Notes under the pieces: generated by a model | The model's input: the letters and a program-made list of their open reading frames with translations, nothing else | Databases searched by the model: none | What the model was told of the DNA's origin: nothing | Made by a program: the position numbers and the translations under genes | Assembly (NCBI GenBank): GCA_037147055.1 | Contig: JBAWVW010000002.1 | Span: 4,323 to 68,322, forward strand | Length of the DNA: 64,000 nt | Direction: 5' to 3' | Origin: Actinomycetes bacterium | GTDB lineage: Bacteria; Actinomycetota; Acidimicrobiia; Acidimicrobiales; Ilumatobacteraceae | Part shown: positions 1 to 10,764 of the stretch, piece after piece | Layout: each line of letters begins with the position of its first letter | Position numbering within the stretch: the first letter of the stretch is position 1

Positions 1-135
1 GCATCCAATCATGAACTGCTGAAATGGCGGAGTCCACCATTTGTGTGCCCGATGGGCCATCAAATCTCGCCCACTTGCCCGTTGGTCCAGCAAGTGCCGG
101 AAAACGATGGAGTAGCGAGCCCGACACGATCGTGA

Positions 136-417
136 TTAGCGGCGCGCTGCGGCTTTGGCGAGACGCTTGGCGGTGCGTCCAATGGGAGCAATATTGCGTC
201 CGTCAAGGTCCCCAAGTTCAATGCCGTTATTGAAAAGCACGCGATATCGCTCCCAGTTGAAGCCATTGGCCAAGAGAACCTTGCCCTCAGTGCCGTTGGG
301 GACATCGGCTAAATCAACAATCGCGACGACCTTGTCCCGAAGGCGGAGTTGCAACTGATCGCTATGCGGAGTGGCCAAGGCGTGGGGCTTCCATCGGGGC
401 TTCCAGGTTGCCTTCAT
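136..417 (-). CDS. hypothetical small protein (~93 aa)
   Basis: Open frame 136..456 on the minus strand, divergent from tig. Start placed at the MKATWKP Met (417). No motif I recognise. Confidence 0.4.
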   Translation of the reverse strand: MKATWKPRWKPHALATPHSDQLQLRLRDKVVAIVDLADVPNGTEGKVLLANGFNWERYRVLFNNGIELGDLDGRNIAPIGRTAKRLAKAAARR

Positions 418-509
418 CGGGTCTCTCCAAAGTAAGTGTAAAACGACATACATCAACTATGCCTTATGACGAGTCCTCAGTGCGACATCGCCGATACACT
501 CTGCTCTCT

Positions 510-1973
510 GTGAAGACGACCTGCGAACCCCTAGAGGGCAACAAAGTCAAACTCTCCGTCGAAGTGGACGAGACTGATTTTGCCCGTGACATTGACGCTG
601 CATTTGCCAAGATTGCCTTGGAGGTGCGCTTACCCGGCTTCCGTGCTGGAAAAGCCCCTCGCAAAGTACTTGAGGCTCGGATAGGTATTGGCGCCGCTCG
701 CGAGCAGGCCTTGCGTGATGCCGTTCCCCAATATCTCGGTTTGGCGGTGCGCGAGCACAACGTGGACATCATCGCCACACCTCAGATTGATATCACTGGC
801 GGCCAAGAGGATGGGCCCGTGTCATTTGATGCAACCTGTGAAATTCGTCCAGTCATTTTGTTGCCTGGTTATGCAGGGCTACGCGCCGAAGTGCCAGCGA
901 TCGAAGTACCCGATCAAGAAATTGATGATGTCCTTGATGCCGAGCGACGCCGTCTTGGCAAGTTGGAGACCGTTGATCGTGCCGCCAAAGAAGGCGACTT
1001 CGTCATTGTTGATTTAGTTGGCAGTCGTGACGGTGAGCCGGTCGTTGGCTTGGCCGTTGAAGAATGGTCCTACGAGATTGGCAAAAAGTGGGTAGCCCCT
1101 TCGTTTGATGAGAATCTCATCGGTCAAGTAGCGGGCGCCTCTTTTGCTTTCAGCGACACTCCTTCTGGTACTCAGGAGGCCGCAGATTTCGCAGTCACTT
1201 TGACGTCGGTTCAAGAGCTCGCTGTGCCTGAACTGAGCGACGCATGGGTTGCTGAAAACATTGAAGATTTTGAGAACGTTGCCGAATGGCGCGAGTCAGT
1301 AGTTGATCGCCTCACGACAAATCGTCTCAATCAGGTTCGCAATGTCGTCGTGGAAAAAGTGACCGATGCTCTCATTGAATTAGCTGACATTGAAACGCCC
1401 GAGGTTATGGTTGCTGCTGATCTTCAACGGCGAGTTGAAAATACGATTCGTCAGTTTCAAAATCAGGGCATCAACATTGATCAGTGGCTCCAAGCAACTG
1501 GTCAAGATGCGCAGTCCTTCGTTGAAGGTTTGCGTCCACAAAGTCAAAAAGCCGTCAAGGTTGACTTGGCGTTGCGCGCTGTTGTCAAGGCCGAAAATCT
1601 TGAGGCGACTGATGAAGAAGTTGAAAACGAATTTGAGTCAATGGCGGACCGCAGCAATGAAGCGGCTTTCCAAGAGCATCAGATGGCGGGTTCACCGAAG
1701 AACAAGAAAATAAAATTTGTCAGTGTTGAGCAGATTCGTGCGGCTTACCAAGCCAATGATGCTGTTGTTGATTTGGCTGCAGAGATCAGTAAATCAAAGG
1801 CTCTTGATTGGCTGATTCACCGTGTTGAATATGTTGACCCAAGTGGCAATGTGCTTGATCGTGATGCAGTGATTGGTCACTCAGAGTCAGATCATCATCA
1901 CGACCACGACGCCGATGACCACGAGCACGATGAAGCCTCCCCAGACACCGAATCCCCTGAACACGACCACTGA
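510..1973 (+). CDS. tig: trigger factor (ribosome-associated chaperone/PPIase)
   Basis: Canonical N-terminus [19 protein letters not shown] begins at GTG 510 (ATG 459 is the alternative). Ribosome-docking signature GFRAGKAP. tig-clpP-clpX order. Confidence 0.92.
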   Translation: MKTTCEPLEGNKVKLSVEVDETDFARDIDAAFAKIALEVRLPGFRAGKAPRKVLEARIGIGAAREQALRDAVPQYLGLAVREHNVDIIATPQIDITGGQEDGPVSFDATCEIRPVILLPGYAGLRAEVPAIEVPDQEIDDVLDAERRRLGKLETVDRAAKEGDFVIVDLVGSRDGEPVVGLAVEEWSYEIGKKWVAPSFDENLIGQVAGASFAFSDTPSGTQEAADFAVTLTSVQELAVPELSDAWVAENIEDFENVAEWRESVVDRLTTNRLNQVRNVVVEKVTDALIELADIETPEVMVAADLQRRVENTIRQFQNQGINIDQWLQATGQDAQSFVEGLRPQSQKAVKVDLALRAVVKAENLEATDEEVENEFESMADRSNEAAFQEHQMAGSPKNKKIKFVSVEQIRAAYQANDAVVDLAAEISKSKALDWLIHRVEYVDPSGNVLDRDAVIGHSESDHHHDHDADDHEHDEASPDTESPEHDH

Positions 1974-1983
1974 TAGGAACGCC

Positions 1984-2616
1984 ATGAATCTTGATGCCTT
2001 TAACTACTATGTGCCAACGGTGGTCGAGCAGACCAGTCGCGGTGAGCGCGCCTATGACCTGTACAGTCGCTTGCTGAAAGAAAACATTCTTTTCTTGGGA
2101 ACCCCGATCGATGACACCATCGCCAACTTGGTTTGTGCGCAGTTGATTCACCTGGAAAGCGAAAACCCAGATAAGGACATCAACATCTATATCAATAGTC
2201 CTGGTGGCGACATCACTGCTCTATTCGCGATTTACGACACCATGCAGTTCATCAAAAATGACATCGCCACTATTTGTCTCGGTCAGGCTGCCAGCGCCGC
2301 TGCGGTGCTACTTGCCGCTGGCACTAAAGGGAAGCGCCTAGCTCTTCCACATAGTCGAGTTTTGTTGCATCAGCCTTACGGACAGGTTGGCTACGGTCAG
2401 GTCACCGATCTTGAGATCGCTGCGAAAGAGATCTTCCGGATGCGCGACATCCTTGAGGACATCTTGTCTGAGCACACTGGTCAACCCCGTGAGCGCATTC
2501 ATGCTGACACTGATCGCGACTTCGTGATGGAAGCCAATGAGGCTGTGGCCTACGGAATCATTGATGAAGTGATTTCCTCACGCGCCATCGTTGACCGCAG
2601 TGGTCCCATTCGCTGA
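1984..2616 (+). CDS. clpP: ATP-dependent Clp protease proteolytic subunit
   Basis: ATG 1984 gives [31 protein letters not shown]. Catalytic contexts [11 protein letters not shown] and LLHQP. Lies between tig and clpX. Confidence 0.95.
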   Translation: MNLDAFNYYVPTVVEQTSRGERAYDLYSRLLKENILFLGTPIDDTIANLVCAQLIHLESENPDKDINIYINSPGGDITALFAIYDTMQFIKNDIATICLGQAASAAAVLLAAGTKGKRLALPHSRVLLHQPYGQVGYGQVTDLEIAAKEIFRMRDILEDILSEHTGQPRERIHADTDRDFVMEANEAVAYGIIDEVISSRAIVDRSGPIR

Positions 2617-2708
2617 ATTTCACCCCAAGAAGACCCTCAAGTCCACAGGGCATCCAACCGATAAGGTTTGTAGATGTGTAAGGCTGTCAGTCGAAAGGTT
2701 GGATAGAC

Positions 2709-3992
2709 GTGGCTAAGTTTGGTGAGACAAGTGAGACTTTGAAATGTTCTTTTTGCGGTAAATCGCAGAAGCAGGTCAAGAAACTTATTGCTGGACCAGC
2801 TGTCTACATCTGCGATGAGTGCATTGACCTATGTAACGAGATCATCGAAGAAGAAGTTGGTGAAGCAACCGACCTGCGTCTAGAAGAGCTCCCTAAGCCT
2901 CGTGAGATTTGTTCATTCCTGGACGAGTATGTCGTGGGACAGGTACAGGCGAAAAAAGTTTTAGCAGTTTCGGTCTACAACCACTATCGCCGATTGCAGT
3001 ATCAAAAAGATATTGGGCTATCGCGTCGCGATGAAGTTGAACTAGCAAAGAGCAATATTCTGCTTCTCGGTCCTACCGGATGCGGCAAGACTCACCTGGC
3101 TCAGACTTTGGCACGGATGCTCAATGTTCCGTTTGCTATCGCTGACGCAACTGCACTGACCGAGGCTGGTTATGTCGGTGAAGATGTCGAAAACATTTTG
3201 CTGAAACTGATTCAGGCTGCTGATTTTGATGTCAAAAAAGCTGAAACTGGAATTATTTATATTGACGAGATCGACAAGATTGCGCGTAAAAGTGAAAATC
3301 CGTCAATCACCCGTGATGTTTCAGGTGAGGGAGTGCAGCAGGCGTTGCTGAAGATTCTTGAAGGAACTGTGGCTTCGGTCCCACCTCAGGGTGGCCGCAA
3401 GCATCCACATCAAGAGTTCATTCAAATTGACACCACCAATGTGCTGTTTATTTGCGGTGGTGCATTCGCTGGCTTAGACAAAATTATTGAACAACGTGTG
3501 GGTCATAAGGGCGTGGGATTTCATGCCACGGTTCGCACGAAGGCTGAAAGGGCTGCTGGCGATTTATTCAGCCAAGTTCTTCCTGAGGATCTCTTGGCCT
3601 ACGGCTTGATTCCTGAATTTGTCGGTCGCTTGCCGATGATCGGTGCTGTCCACAGTTTGGATCGCAGTGCATTGATTCAGATTTTGACAGAACCGAAAAA
3701 TGCGTTGGTCAAGCAGTTCCAAAAGTTCTTTGAGTTTGAAGATGTTGAACTTGAACTCACCGATGAAGCTCTGGATGCTATTGCCGAACAGGCTTTGGCA
3801 CGCGGAACTGGTGCCCGTGGATTGCGGGCGATCTTAGAAGAGACACTTCTGAATGTGATGTTCGACTTGCCAGGTCGTACCGATGTCGCCAAGGTGATCA
3901 TCAATGCTGATTCAGTACGTATGAAGTCGGCGCCCACATTAGTTCTGCGATCTGCTCCTCGGGCGGCCCGCCCGCGTCGTGCTGCCAGTTGA
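2709..3992 (+). CDS. clpX: ATP-dependent Clp protease ATP-binding subunit ClpX
   Basis: GTG start. Zinc ribbon [14 protein letters not shown]. Walker A GPTGCGKT, Walker [10 protein letters not shown]. Confidence 0.97.
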   Translation: MAKFGETSETLKCSFCGKSQKQVKKLIAGPAVYICDECIDLCNEIIEEEVGEATDLRLEELPKPREICSFLDEYVVGQVQAKKVLAVSVYNHYRRLQYQKDIGLSRRDEVELAKSNILLLGPTGCGKTHLAQTLARMLNVPFAIADATALTEAGYVGEDVENILLKLIQAADFDVKKAETGIIYIDEIDKIARKSENPSITRDVSGEGVQQALLKILEGTVASVPPQGGRKHPHQEFIQIDTTNVLFICGGAFAGLDKIIEQRVGHKGVGFHATVRTKAERAAGDLFSQVLPEDLLAYGLIPEFVGRLPMIGAVHSLDRSALIQILTEPKNALVKQFQKFFEFEDVELELTDEALDAIAEQALARGTGARGLRAILEETLLNVMFDLPGRTDVAKVIINADSVRMKSAPTLVLRSAPRAARPRRAAS

Positions 3993-4019
3993 CCTGCGCC
4001 GTACAAACAAGATAATGCC

Positions 4020-5315
4020 ATGACCTATCAACAGGCCCTTGCTTATCTTGACCATCACGCCTCGTATGACAAGACGGGCAGGATTGACTCTCCCTCAACC
4101 GCGACGATTTCGCGACTGTGTGAACTGTTAGGCGAACCGCAACATTGTGCCCCCGTTATTCACATCACTGGGACAAATGGAAAAGGTTCCACCGCACAGA
4201 TGATTACTCGTTTGTTGATGGTCAGTGGGTTACGGGTAGGAACCTACACGAGTCCACATCTCGAGCGAGTTAATGAACGCTTCACCATTGATTGTGAGGT
4301 CATCAGCGACGAGTCTTTCGGCGAACAGATTTCTGCGATTGCTGACCTTGAGGTTCTCGCTGGGATGCGGCCTGGCTATTTTGATATTTGTACAGCGGCC
4401 GCTTTCCGGTGGTTTGCCGATGAGGCTGTGGATGTCATGGTGATTGAAGTTGGGCTACTCGGTCGCTGGGACGCAACCAATGTGGTCAATGCTCAAGTGG
4501 CAGTAATTACCAACATTGGTTTGGATCATATGGAGTTTGCTGGACCGACGCGGGCTGATATCGCTCGCGAAAAAGCAGGAATCATCAAACCGCAAAGTGT
4601 TGTTGTGTGTGGAGAAAGTGACGCCGAGATGGTGGCCATTTTTGCTGCTGCGGATGGTGCCTCGCTGTTAGTCCGTAAAACTGATTTTGAAGTCGACTCC
4701 AATCAACTTGCGCTCGGCGGACGAGTCATCGACGTGCGTACCCCAACGACTATCTATCCTGAAGTTCTTGTTCCTTTGCATGGGCGCCATCAAGCCGATA
4801 ACGCGGTTGTGGCGATCACGGCTGTTGAAGCATTCTTCGCCCGTGCGTTGGAGGCTGATGTTATTGATGAAGCCTTCGCCGCTGTCACCATGCCTGGGCG
4901 TTTTGAGGTCTTAGGGCATCAACCGCTAGTCATCGTTGATGGAGCTCACAATCCGGCGGGTGCTGATGTCTGTGCTTCGGTTTTTTTCGAAGATTTTGAC
5001 CCTGCAGGACGACGTCTGCTACTTCTTGGTTGCCTCCAAGGCAGGGACCCAGATGCGATGTTGGAGGCCTTGCGGGCCGACGATTTTGACCTCGTCGTGT
5101 GCTGCACTGCTCCATCTCCTCGGGGCTTGCCCGCCCAAGAAGTGGCCCAGGCGGCTCGACGTATGGGTTGCGATGATGTGGAGACCGTGGACAGTGTGGA
5201 GGCCGCTATCGGCCGTGCTCTTGAGCACATTGGACCTGATGACGCACTTTTGATCGCGGGTTCTTTGTATGTCGTTGGAGCTGCTCGGTCATACTTGCGT
5301 CGAGTTCTGCCCTGA
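4020..5315 (+). CDS. folC: dihydrofolate synthase / folylpolyglutamate synthase
   Basis: Mur-ligase-type P-loop TGTNGKGST. 431 aa. Followed by ndk. Confidence 0.9.
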   Translation: MTYQQALAYLDHHASYDKTGRIDSPSTATISRLCELLGEPQHCAPVIHITGTNGKGSTAQMITRLLMVSGLRVGTYTSPHLERVNERFTIDCEVISDESFGEQISAIADLEVLAGMRPGYFDICTAAAFRWFADEAVDVMVIEVGLLGRWDATNVVNAQVAVITNIGLDHMEFAGPTRADIAREKAGIIKPQSVVVCGESDAEMVAIFAAADGASLLVRKTDFEVDSNQLALGGRVIDVRTPTTIYPEVLVPLHGRHQADNAVVAITAVEAFFARALEADVIDEAFAAVTMPGRFEVLGHQPLVIVDGAHNPAGADVCASVFFEDFDPAGRRLLLLGCLQGRDPDAMLEALRADDFDLVVCCTAPSPRGLPAQEVAQAARRMGCDDVETVDSVEAAIGRALEHIGPDDALLIAGSLYVVGAARSYLRRVLP

Positions 5316-5345
5316 GAACTCGTCTAGGCGGTAGGATTTAATGCT

Positions 5346-5756
5346 ATGTCTGACCGTACTCTTGTCCTTTTAAAGCCCGACACCGTTGAACGCGGTCTGA
5401 TCGGATCCGTTTTGTCGCGATTTGAGGCCAAAGGGCTCAAGGTCGTGGCTCTTGAACTGCGCCAACTGGATGCTGACACCTTGGCTCGTCACTATGAGGA
5501 GCATGTCGGTAAAGGTTTTTACGGTGAACTCGTGGCTTTTATGTCCCGTGGTCCAGTCGTAGCTTTGGTGCTTGAAAGTCCAGAGAACACCTGGGAAGTC
5601 GTGCGCAACATGATGGGCGCCACAAACCCCCGCTCGGCTGCACCAGGAACCATTCGTGGTGATTTAGGCCTGCTGTTCACCGAAAACCTTGTTCATGGCA
5701 GTGACTCGTTGGCCTCCGCCGAGCGAGAGATCAGTATTTTCTTCCCGAATCTGTAA
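5346..5756 (+). CDS. ndk: nucleoside diphosphate kinase
   Basis: 136 aa. TLVLLKPD N-terminus and active-site NLVHGSDS. Confidence 0.95.
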   Translation: MSDRTLVLLKPDTVERGLIGSVLSRFEAKGLKVVALELRQLDADTLARHYEEHVGKGFYGELVAFMSRGPVVALVLESPENTWEVVRNMMGATNPRSAAPGTIRGDLGLLFTENLVHGSDSLASAEREISIFFPNL

Positions 5757-5813
5757 CATTTCGGTAATCAACTGCCCGTTCCTGCGGGCGACACGTCTGA
5801 GGAGGCTTTGGCT

Positions 5814-6845
5814 ATGGCGCGAAATAATCCGCTAGCCCTCGGGCGAGACATAGCGATTGACTTGGGAACTGCCAACACATTGATTTATGTGCGTGGTCAA
5901 GGCATCGTTTTGAATGAGCCTTCGGTGGTGGCATTAGATGTTTTTGATGGAAGACCGATAGCGGTTGGTCATGAAGCCAAGCGGATGATGGGTCGCACCC
6001 CAAGCCATATTCGTGCCATTCGTCCCTTGAAGGACGGGGTCATCGCTGACTTCGAAGTCTGTGAAAAAATGTTGCGTTACTTCATTCAAAAGGTGCACAG
6101 CAGTCGCTGGAGTAAGCCCCGAATGGTCGTGTGTGTGCCATCTGGAATTACTGGAGTTGAAAAGCGAGCAGTGCAGGATGCGGCAGAGTACGCCGGCGCA
6201 CGTAAACCGGTCCACATTATTGAAGAACCGATAGCGGCAGCAATCGGCGCTGATCTGGCGATTAATGAGGCTAGTGGAAACATGATTGTGGATATTGGCG
6301 GTGGGACCACTGAGGTCGCAGTCATTTCGTTGGGCGGGATCGTCACCTCACAGTCTTTACGAATTGCCGGCGACGAACTCGACGAGGCAATCATGGCTTA
6401 TCTGAAAAAAGAGTTTTCTCTCGCTGTCGGTGAGCAAACAGCTGAAGATATTAAAATTCATATGGGGTCGGCTTGGCCCTTAGCAGAAGAGATCCGTGCT
6501 GAGATTCGCGGAAGAGATTTGATTAGCGGGCTACCTCGGACAATTTCTTTGACCTCGGAGCAAATCCGTGAAGCAGTTGCCGAGCCAGTTGCGGCAATCG
6601 TTGACGCGGTGCGGACCACTCTTGATAAGACGCCTCCCGAATTGGCCGCCGACATCATGTATAAAGGAGTGACTATCACTGGTGGTGGTTCGCTCTTGCA
6701 CGGTATTGATCGCCGCTTGGCCCATGAAACGGGGATGCCGATCAATATCGCTAACGACCCACTGTTCTCTGTGGTCATTGGTTCCGGACGCGCATTGGAA
6801 AACATTGAGATGCTGGGCGGCTTGCAGTCGCAGAGTGATGACTAG
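5814..6845 (+). CDS. mreB: rod shape-determining actin homologue MreB
   Basis: GGAGG lies 8 nt upstream of ATG 5814 (the ORF track starts at TTG 5808). Actin-fold motifs IDLGTANT and DIGGGTTEVA. Confidence 0.95.
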   Translation: MARNNPLALGRDIAIDLGTANTLIYVRGQGIVLNEPSVVALDVFDGRPIAVGHEAKRMMGRTPSHIRAIRPLKDGVIADFEVCEKMLRYFIQKVHSSRWSKPRMVVCVPSGITGVEKRAVQDAAEYAGARKPVHIIEEPIAAAIGADLAINEASGNMIVDIGGGTTEVAVISLGGIVTSQSLRIAGDELDEAIMAYLKKEFSLAVGEQTAEDIKIHMGSAWPLAEEIRAEIRGRDLISGLPRTISLTSEQIREAVAEPVAAIVDAVRTTLDKTPPELAADIMYKGVTITGGGSLLHGIDRRLAHETGMPINIANDPLFSVVIGSGRALENIEMLGGLQSQSDD

Positions 6846-6862
6846 GTGGGTGGGCTAGGACC

Positions 6863-7996
6863 ATGCCGGTTTATTCCGTCAGTCGTCGCCGGTCAATAGC
6901 AATCCTGGCGTTGACTTCGCTTTTGTTGATCACCTTGGACCTTCAAGGGAACTCAATAGTTGGTGGGGTGAAGCGTTTATTCGGTGCAATTTTCGAACCC
7001 GTGCAAAGCTCTGTCCGAGTGGTGACGCGACCAGTAGAAAACGCTTGGAATGGGATTACCAACTACGGTGATCTTGAGGCAGAGAATCAGCGCCTGCAAG
7101 ATCAACTTGATCAACAAGAGGGTGCATTTATTGCTGCCTTGGCAACAGCTCGAGATGCTCAAGAATTACTCGCATTGAACGGCATTGATAACTTGGCTGA
7201 TATCTCATCAGTCACGGCTCAAGTAATTGGAGATTCAGCCTCAAATTTTTCGCAGACTGTGGAAATCAACCAGGGTTCGAAACGTGGTTTGCGGGTTGGA
7301 ATGCCCGTTGTGAATGCCGCCGGTTTGGTTGGCAAGATTACTTGGGTTGAGGAAAATCGGGCCATCGTCTTACTTGCAAATGATGTTTTATTTGGGGCTC
7401 CAGTGCAAGTTGTCAATCAAGCAGAAGTGCTGCCACCTGTGACAAGCACGACGACCTCAACGACCAGCAGCACAACAACTACTTCTAGTACAACGACATC
7501 AACGAGCACGACGACGATCCCAAGGACCGGAACAACGGTGTTTGGAGCGTCAACAATTTTGCCTGTGAGTGCACCAACGACCGAAGATTTTTCAGGTATA
7601 AATTTCGATCGGCTGAGCACGACGACCATCGGCACGATTGTGACGATTGCCCCAGGTTCAACATCCATCGGGCCAACGACGACGGTCGATATCAACAATT
7701 TGCCAGCGGCCGAAACAGGAATTTTCCGTGGGCGTGGTTTAGGTGATGCACCGATTGTTGAATTCATCGATCAGAACTCAAGATTTGGTGAAGTCCGGGT
7801 CGGGGCTCTGGTCTTTACGTCAGGTGGGTCGAGCAGTTTGGCGCCTCGTGGAATCGTCATCGGGCGCGTCATCAAAATTGTTGAACGTACTGGAACTTCT
7901 GGAGCCGTGCTTGAAGTGCGTCTGACCGCGCGTTTGCAATCATTGAACTTCGTTCGTGTCCTGCTGTATCAACCAGTCGCGACTGTTATTCCATGA
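6863..7996 (+). CDS. mreC: rod shape-determining protein MreC (with a Ser/Thr-rich insertion)
   Basis: N-terminal TM followed by coiled coil LEAENQRLQDQLDQQE. MreC-like segments GMPVVNAAGLVGKI and VFTSGG. Positioned between mreB and mreD. Confidence 0.85.
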   Translation: MPVYSVSRRRSIAILALTSLLLITLDLQGNSIVGGVKRLFGAIFEPVQSSVRVVTRPVENAWNGITNYGDLEAENQRLQDQLDQQEGAFIAALATARDAQELLALNGIDNLADISSVTAQVIGDSASNFSQTVEINQGSKRGLRVGMPVVNAAGLVGKITWVEENRAIVLLANDVLFGAPVQVVNQAEVLPPVTSTTTSTTSSTTTTSSTTTSTSTTTIPRTGTTVFGASTILPVSAPTTEDFSGINFDRLSTTTIGTIVTIAPGSTSIGPTTTVDINNLPAAETGIFRGRGLGDAPIVEFIDQNSRFGEVRVGALVFTSGGSSSLAPRGIVIGRVIKIVERTGTSGAVLEVRLTARLQSLNFVRVLLYQPVATVIP

Positions 7997-8529
7997 TCAG
8001 TCTTTTAAATCGTCCGGTCACGCGTTTGTTTTTAGTTGGGCTTTTGCTCTTAGCAGTGCAAACAACATTGCTCACTGAGATGAAGTTTTTCGGGGTCATT
8101 GCTCAGTTGCTGCTGGCACTGTCAATCACTGCTGGTTTATCGGGTGGATCAGAAAGTGGGGCACTAGCGGGCTTTGTTTTGGGATTAATGTTCGACCTCG
8201 TGCTGACCAGTCCGCTTGGTCTCTCAGCGCTGGTCTACGCATTCGCCGGTTGGGGAGCGGGGTACTTTCACTCGCGCACGTTGGCAAATCCGAAATGGTT
8301 GGATTGTGTTGTGACGGGAGTGCTGAGCGGCGTTGCGACTTTTACCTTGGCAGTCGTCGCTAATGTGATTGGCATTGAGGGGTGGCTGTCAGGGCGCCTC
8401 GTCAAGGTCATCATCGTCGTGGGTTGTGTGAATGCGCTGTCAGCGTTTTTCTTAGTTCCGATTTCTCGATGGTGCTTAGTCATTCGTCGGCAGGAGCGGA
8501 TTGCGCCTCCAGCAGAACTATTTTTGTAA
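7993..8529 (+). CDS. mreD: rod shape-determining protein MreD
   Basis: 178 aa polytopic membrane protein. ATGA overlap with the mreC stop. Call is largely positional. Confidence 0.72.
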   Translation: MISLLNRPVTRLFLVGLLLLAVQTTLLTEMKFFGVIAQLLLALSITAGLSGGSESGALAGFVLGLMFDLVLTSPLGLSALVYAFAGWGAGYFHSRTLANPKWLDCVVTGVLSGVATFTLAVVANVIGIEGWLSGRLVKVIIVVGCVNALSAFFLVPISRWCLVIRRQERIAPPAELFL

Positions 8530-8553
8530 TGTTGACGATGATTATTACTCGGG

Positions 8554-10764
8554 GTGTGGAAGAGTTGCTTCGTGGCTGTTGATAGGCGTTCCAGTCGTTT
8601 GGCATCTCTTGGAGTGATTGCTCTTGTGCTGTTTGGTGCACTCGGTATGCGAATGTGGTTTTTGCAGGTTGTTGATTCGCCGGTTTTGGAACAACGTGTT
8701 CAAGCAAATAAAACCAGAACTGTGAAGTTGTTGCCCGAGAGAGGCCGTATTTTCGACCGCAAAGGCAGAATCATGGCCGACAACGAGCGCATTCTGACGA
8801 TCACTGTGGCGTGGGAGGCAATGGGAAATAAAGACAGCGTTGTAGACACAGAGAACCGACTCGAATTGTTTGGTCGTTTGTCAAAAATTCTTGATATGAG
8901 CGTGAGCGATATGGAGCAACGTTTCACGAGCAATAAATACGGTCCGTTACTGCCGATGCCATTAGCGGAGGGAGTGAGCGAAGAGACCGCAGCGTATCTC
9001 ATTGAGCGCAATGAGGACTTTCCGGGTATTGATTTTGTCACGCAATGGAAACGCGAGTACCCATTGGCCCCTCTGGCTGCACATGTTGTTGGTTATCTTG
9101 GGGCGATCACTCAGAACGACGTGGCGCAGTACCTTGATGTCGGCTACGACCTCAACGAGCGAGTCGGACAATTCGGGGTTGAAAAAATTTATGAACGTTA
9201 TTTACGCGGAAAGCCTGGCTATGTCAAATATGAGATTGACTCACGCGGAACGATTCTGAGAGTTCTTGAGAGGGTTGAACCAATTGCAGGAAACGATTTG
9301 CAATTAGCGATTGATCTTGACTATCAGCAATTCGCAGAACAAGCTTTAGAAACGCAATTGCTAGTCCGGCGTTTCGTCGAAACATGCCAGGCTAAAGACA
9401 GTAAGCGACAAGTCATTAAGCCGCAATTCTCGGAATGTGAAAACTTGAAAAGCCCAGCAGGCTCGGTGGTCATGATGGACTATTCCACGGGTGAAGTTCT
9501 GGCACTCGCGAGTTATCCCACTTTTGATAATCGATGGTTTAACTCGGGTATTTCAAGTGACAAATTCCGTGAGATTTTTCCTAAGACCGATGATCCAGAC
9601 AAATCTCTATTGGTGAATCGGGCCATTCAAGGGCAGTACAACCTGGGTTCTAGTTTTAAGCCATTCGTCGCTTACGCGGCCCTTGACTCTGGGCAACTTG
9701 TGGGAGGCAGCGAGTACAAGTATTCCGATCGTGGGTCTTACCAACTCACGAGTATCAACGAGGAAACATGCTTGGTTGTAAAATGCATTTATAGAAACGC
9801 CTTGTGTTCAGGAGGAAACTACGCATGTCAATACGGTGATGTCACCGTTGAAGATGCGCTGGCGGTTTCCAGCGACACTTTCTTTTACAAAATCGGCGAA
9901 GAGATTTTTGCTGAGAGAGGTGGTCAACCAGTACTTCAAGATGAAGTCAAGAAGTTTGGCTTCGGAAGTAGAACTGGCATTGATCTTCCCTTTGAAACAG
10001 CTGGCAGAGTGCCCGACAAGGCGAGCAAGAAGAAGTTAGTTGAAGACGGTGCGCTGATGGCCGGCGAAAGTAGCGATTACCTAGTTGGTGACAATGTGCA
10101 ACTCGCAGTTGGTCAGGGGCTTTTGGCGGCGTCACCGTTGCAGTTGGCACAGGCGTACGGTGCCTTGGCAAATGGCGGAGATGTCAACCGTCCGCTCGTT
10201 GGACTTGCCTTATTGAAACCCAGTACTCCCAATTCTGAGAAAGTCGGTTACGCCGATATGACTCAGGCCGTGGTTGAAACTTTCTTGGCCAATAAAGACA
10301 CGATTCGTAGCATGAACATTCCTGATGAAATCCGTGATCCTATTGTCAGGGGATTAACTCGAGTGATTACGGGCCCCGGGGTAACGTTCGGTTCCTACCA
10401 TTCCACAACTGGAGAGCGCTTGTTCCGGTCTTATCCGTATGACGCCCTTCCTATTGCAGGAAAAACTGGTACCGCCCAAGGACGCGCAGGACTTCCGTGG
10501 AATGACTCTTCGGCATTTGGCGCTTTCAGTCTTGATCCATCTCGGCCGATAGTTGTGACGGCATACTTGGAGAAGAGTGGTTATGGAGCAAAAGCCGCCG
10601 CCCCGGTAGTGAAATGTTTGTTCATGGCGATTGCTGGTGTAGCAAAGATGAACGAAGTTTTGCCATCAAACCCGCTTGATATCACCGCCACTGTCGCTGC
10701 TCCACAGAGATTGCTTCCCAACAAAAGTTGTTTGGGTGGCGGAGCGTATGGTGGTCGCGACTAA
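8554..10764 (+). CDS. mrdA: class B penicillin-binding protein 2 (elongasome transpeptidase)
   Basis: N-terminal TM. SxxK = SSFKP, SxD = SSD, KTG = KTGTAQ. Immediately followed by rodA. Confidence 0.9.
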   Translation: MWKSCFVAVDRRSSRLASLGVIALVLFGALGMRMWFLQVVDSPVLEQRVQANKTRTVKLLPERGRIFDRKGRIMADNERILTITVAWEAMGNKDSVVDTENRLELFGRLSKILDMSVSDMEQRFTSNKYGPLLPMPLAEGVSEETAAYLIERNEDFPGIDFVTQWKREYPLAPLAAHVVGYLGAITQNDVAQYLDVGYDLNERVGQFGVEKIYERYLRGKPGYVKYEIDSRGTILRVLERVEPIAGNDLQLAIDLDYQQFAEQALETQLLVRRFVETCQAKDSKRQVIKPQFSECENLKSPAGSVVMMDYSTGEVLALASYPTFDNRWFNSGISSDKFREIFPKTDDPDKSLLVNRAIQGQYNLGSSFKPFVAYAALDSGQLVGGSEYKYSDRGSYQLTSINEETCLVVKCIYRNALCSGGNYACQYGDVTVEDALAVSSDTFFYKIGEEIFAERGGQPVLQDEVKKFGFGSRTGIDLPFETAGRVPDKASKKKLVEDGALMAGESSDYLVGDNVQLAVGQGLLAASPLQLAQAYGALANGGDVNRPLVGLALLKPSTPNSEKVGYADMTQAVVETFLANKDTIRSMNIPDEIRDPIVRGLTRVITGPGVTFGSYHSTTGERLFRSYPYDALPIAGKTGTAQGRAGLPWNDSSAFGAFSLDPSRPIVVTAYLEKSGYGAKAAAPVVKCLFMAIAGVAKMNEVLPSNPLDITATVAAPQRLLPNKSCLGGGAYGGRD

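Noticed and set aside
1-135. Possible tRNA, or the end or start of another gene at the left edge
   Set aside because: There is no cloverleaf or T-loop consensus. Only a 19-codon minus-strand fragment runs off the window, which is insufficient evidence.
2652-2704. Inverted repeat ATCCAACC / GGTTGGAT that could occlude the clpX RBS (AAAGG at 2694..2698)
   Set aside because: It is only 8 bp with a 37-nt loop and touches just two RBS bases. That is too weak to claim without conservation evidence.
7442-7516. Possible CRISPR-like or slippage repeats in the Thr/Ser codon tracts (also 43975..44016)
   Set aside because: They are in frame within genes, use mixed synonymous codons, and have no spacer-repeat periodicity. 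They are coding low-complexity sequence.
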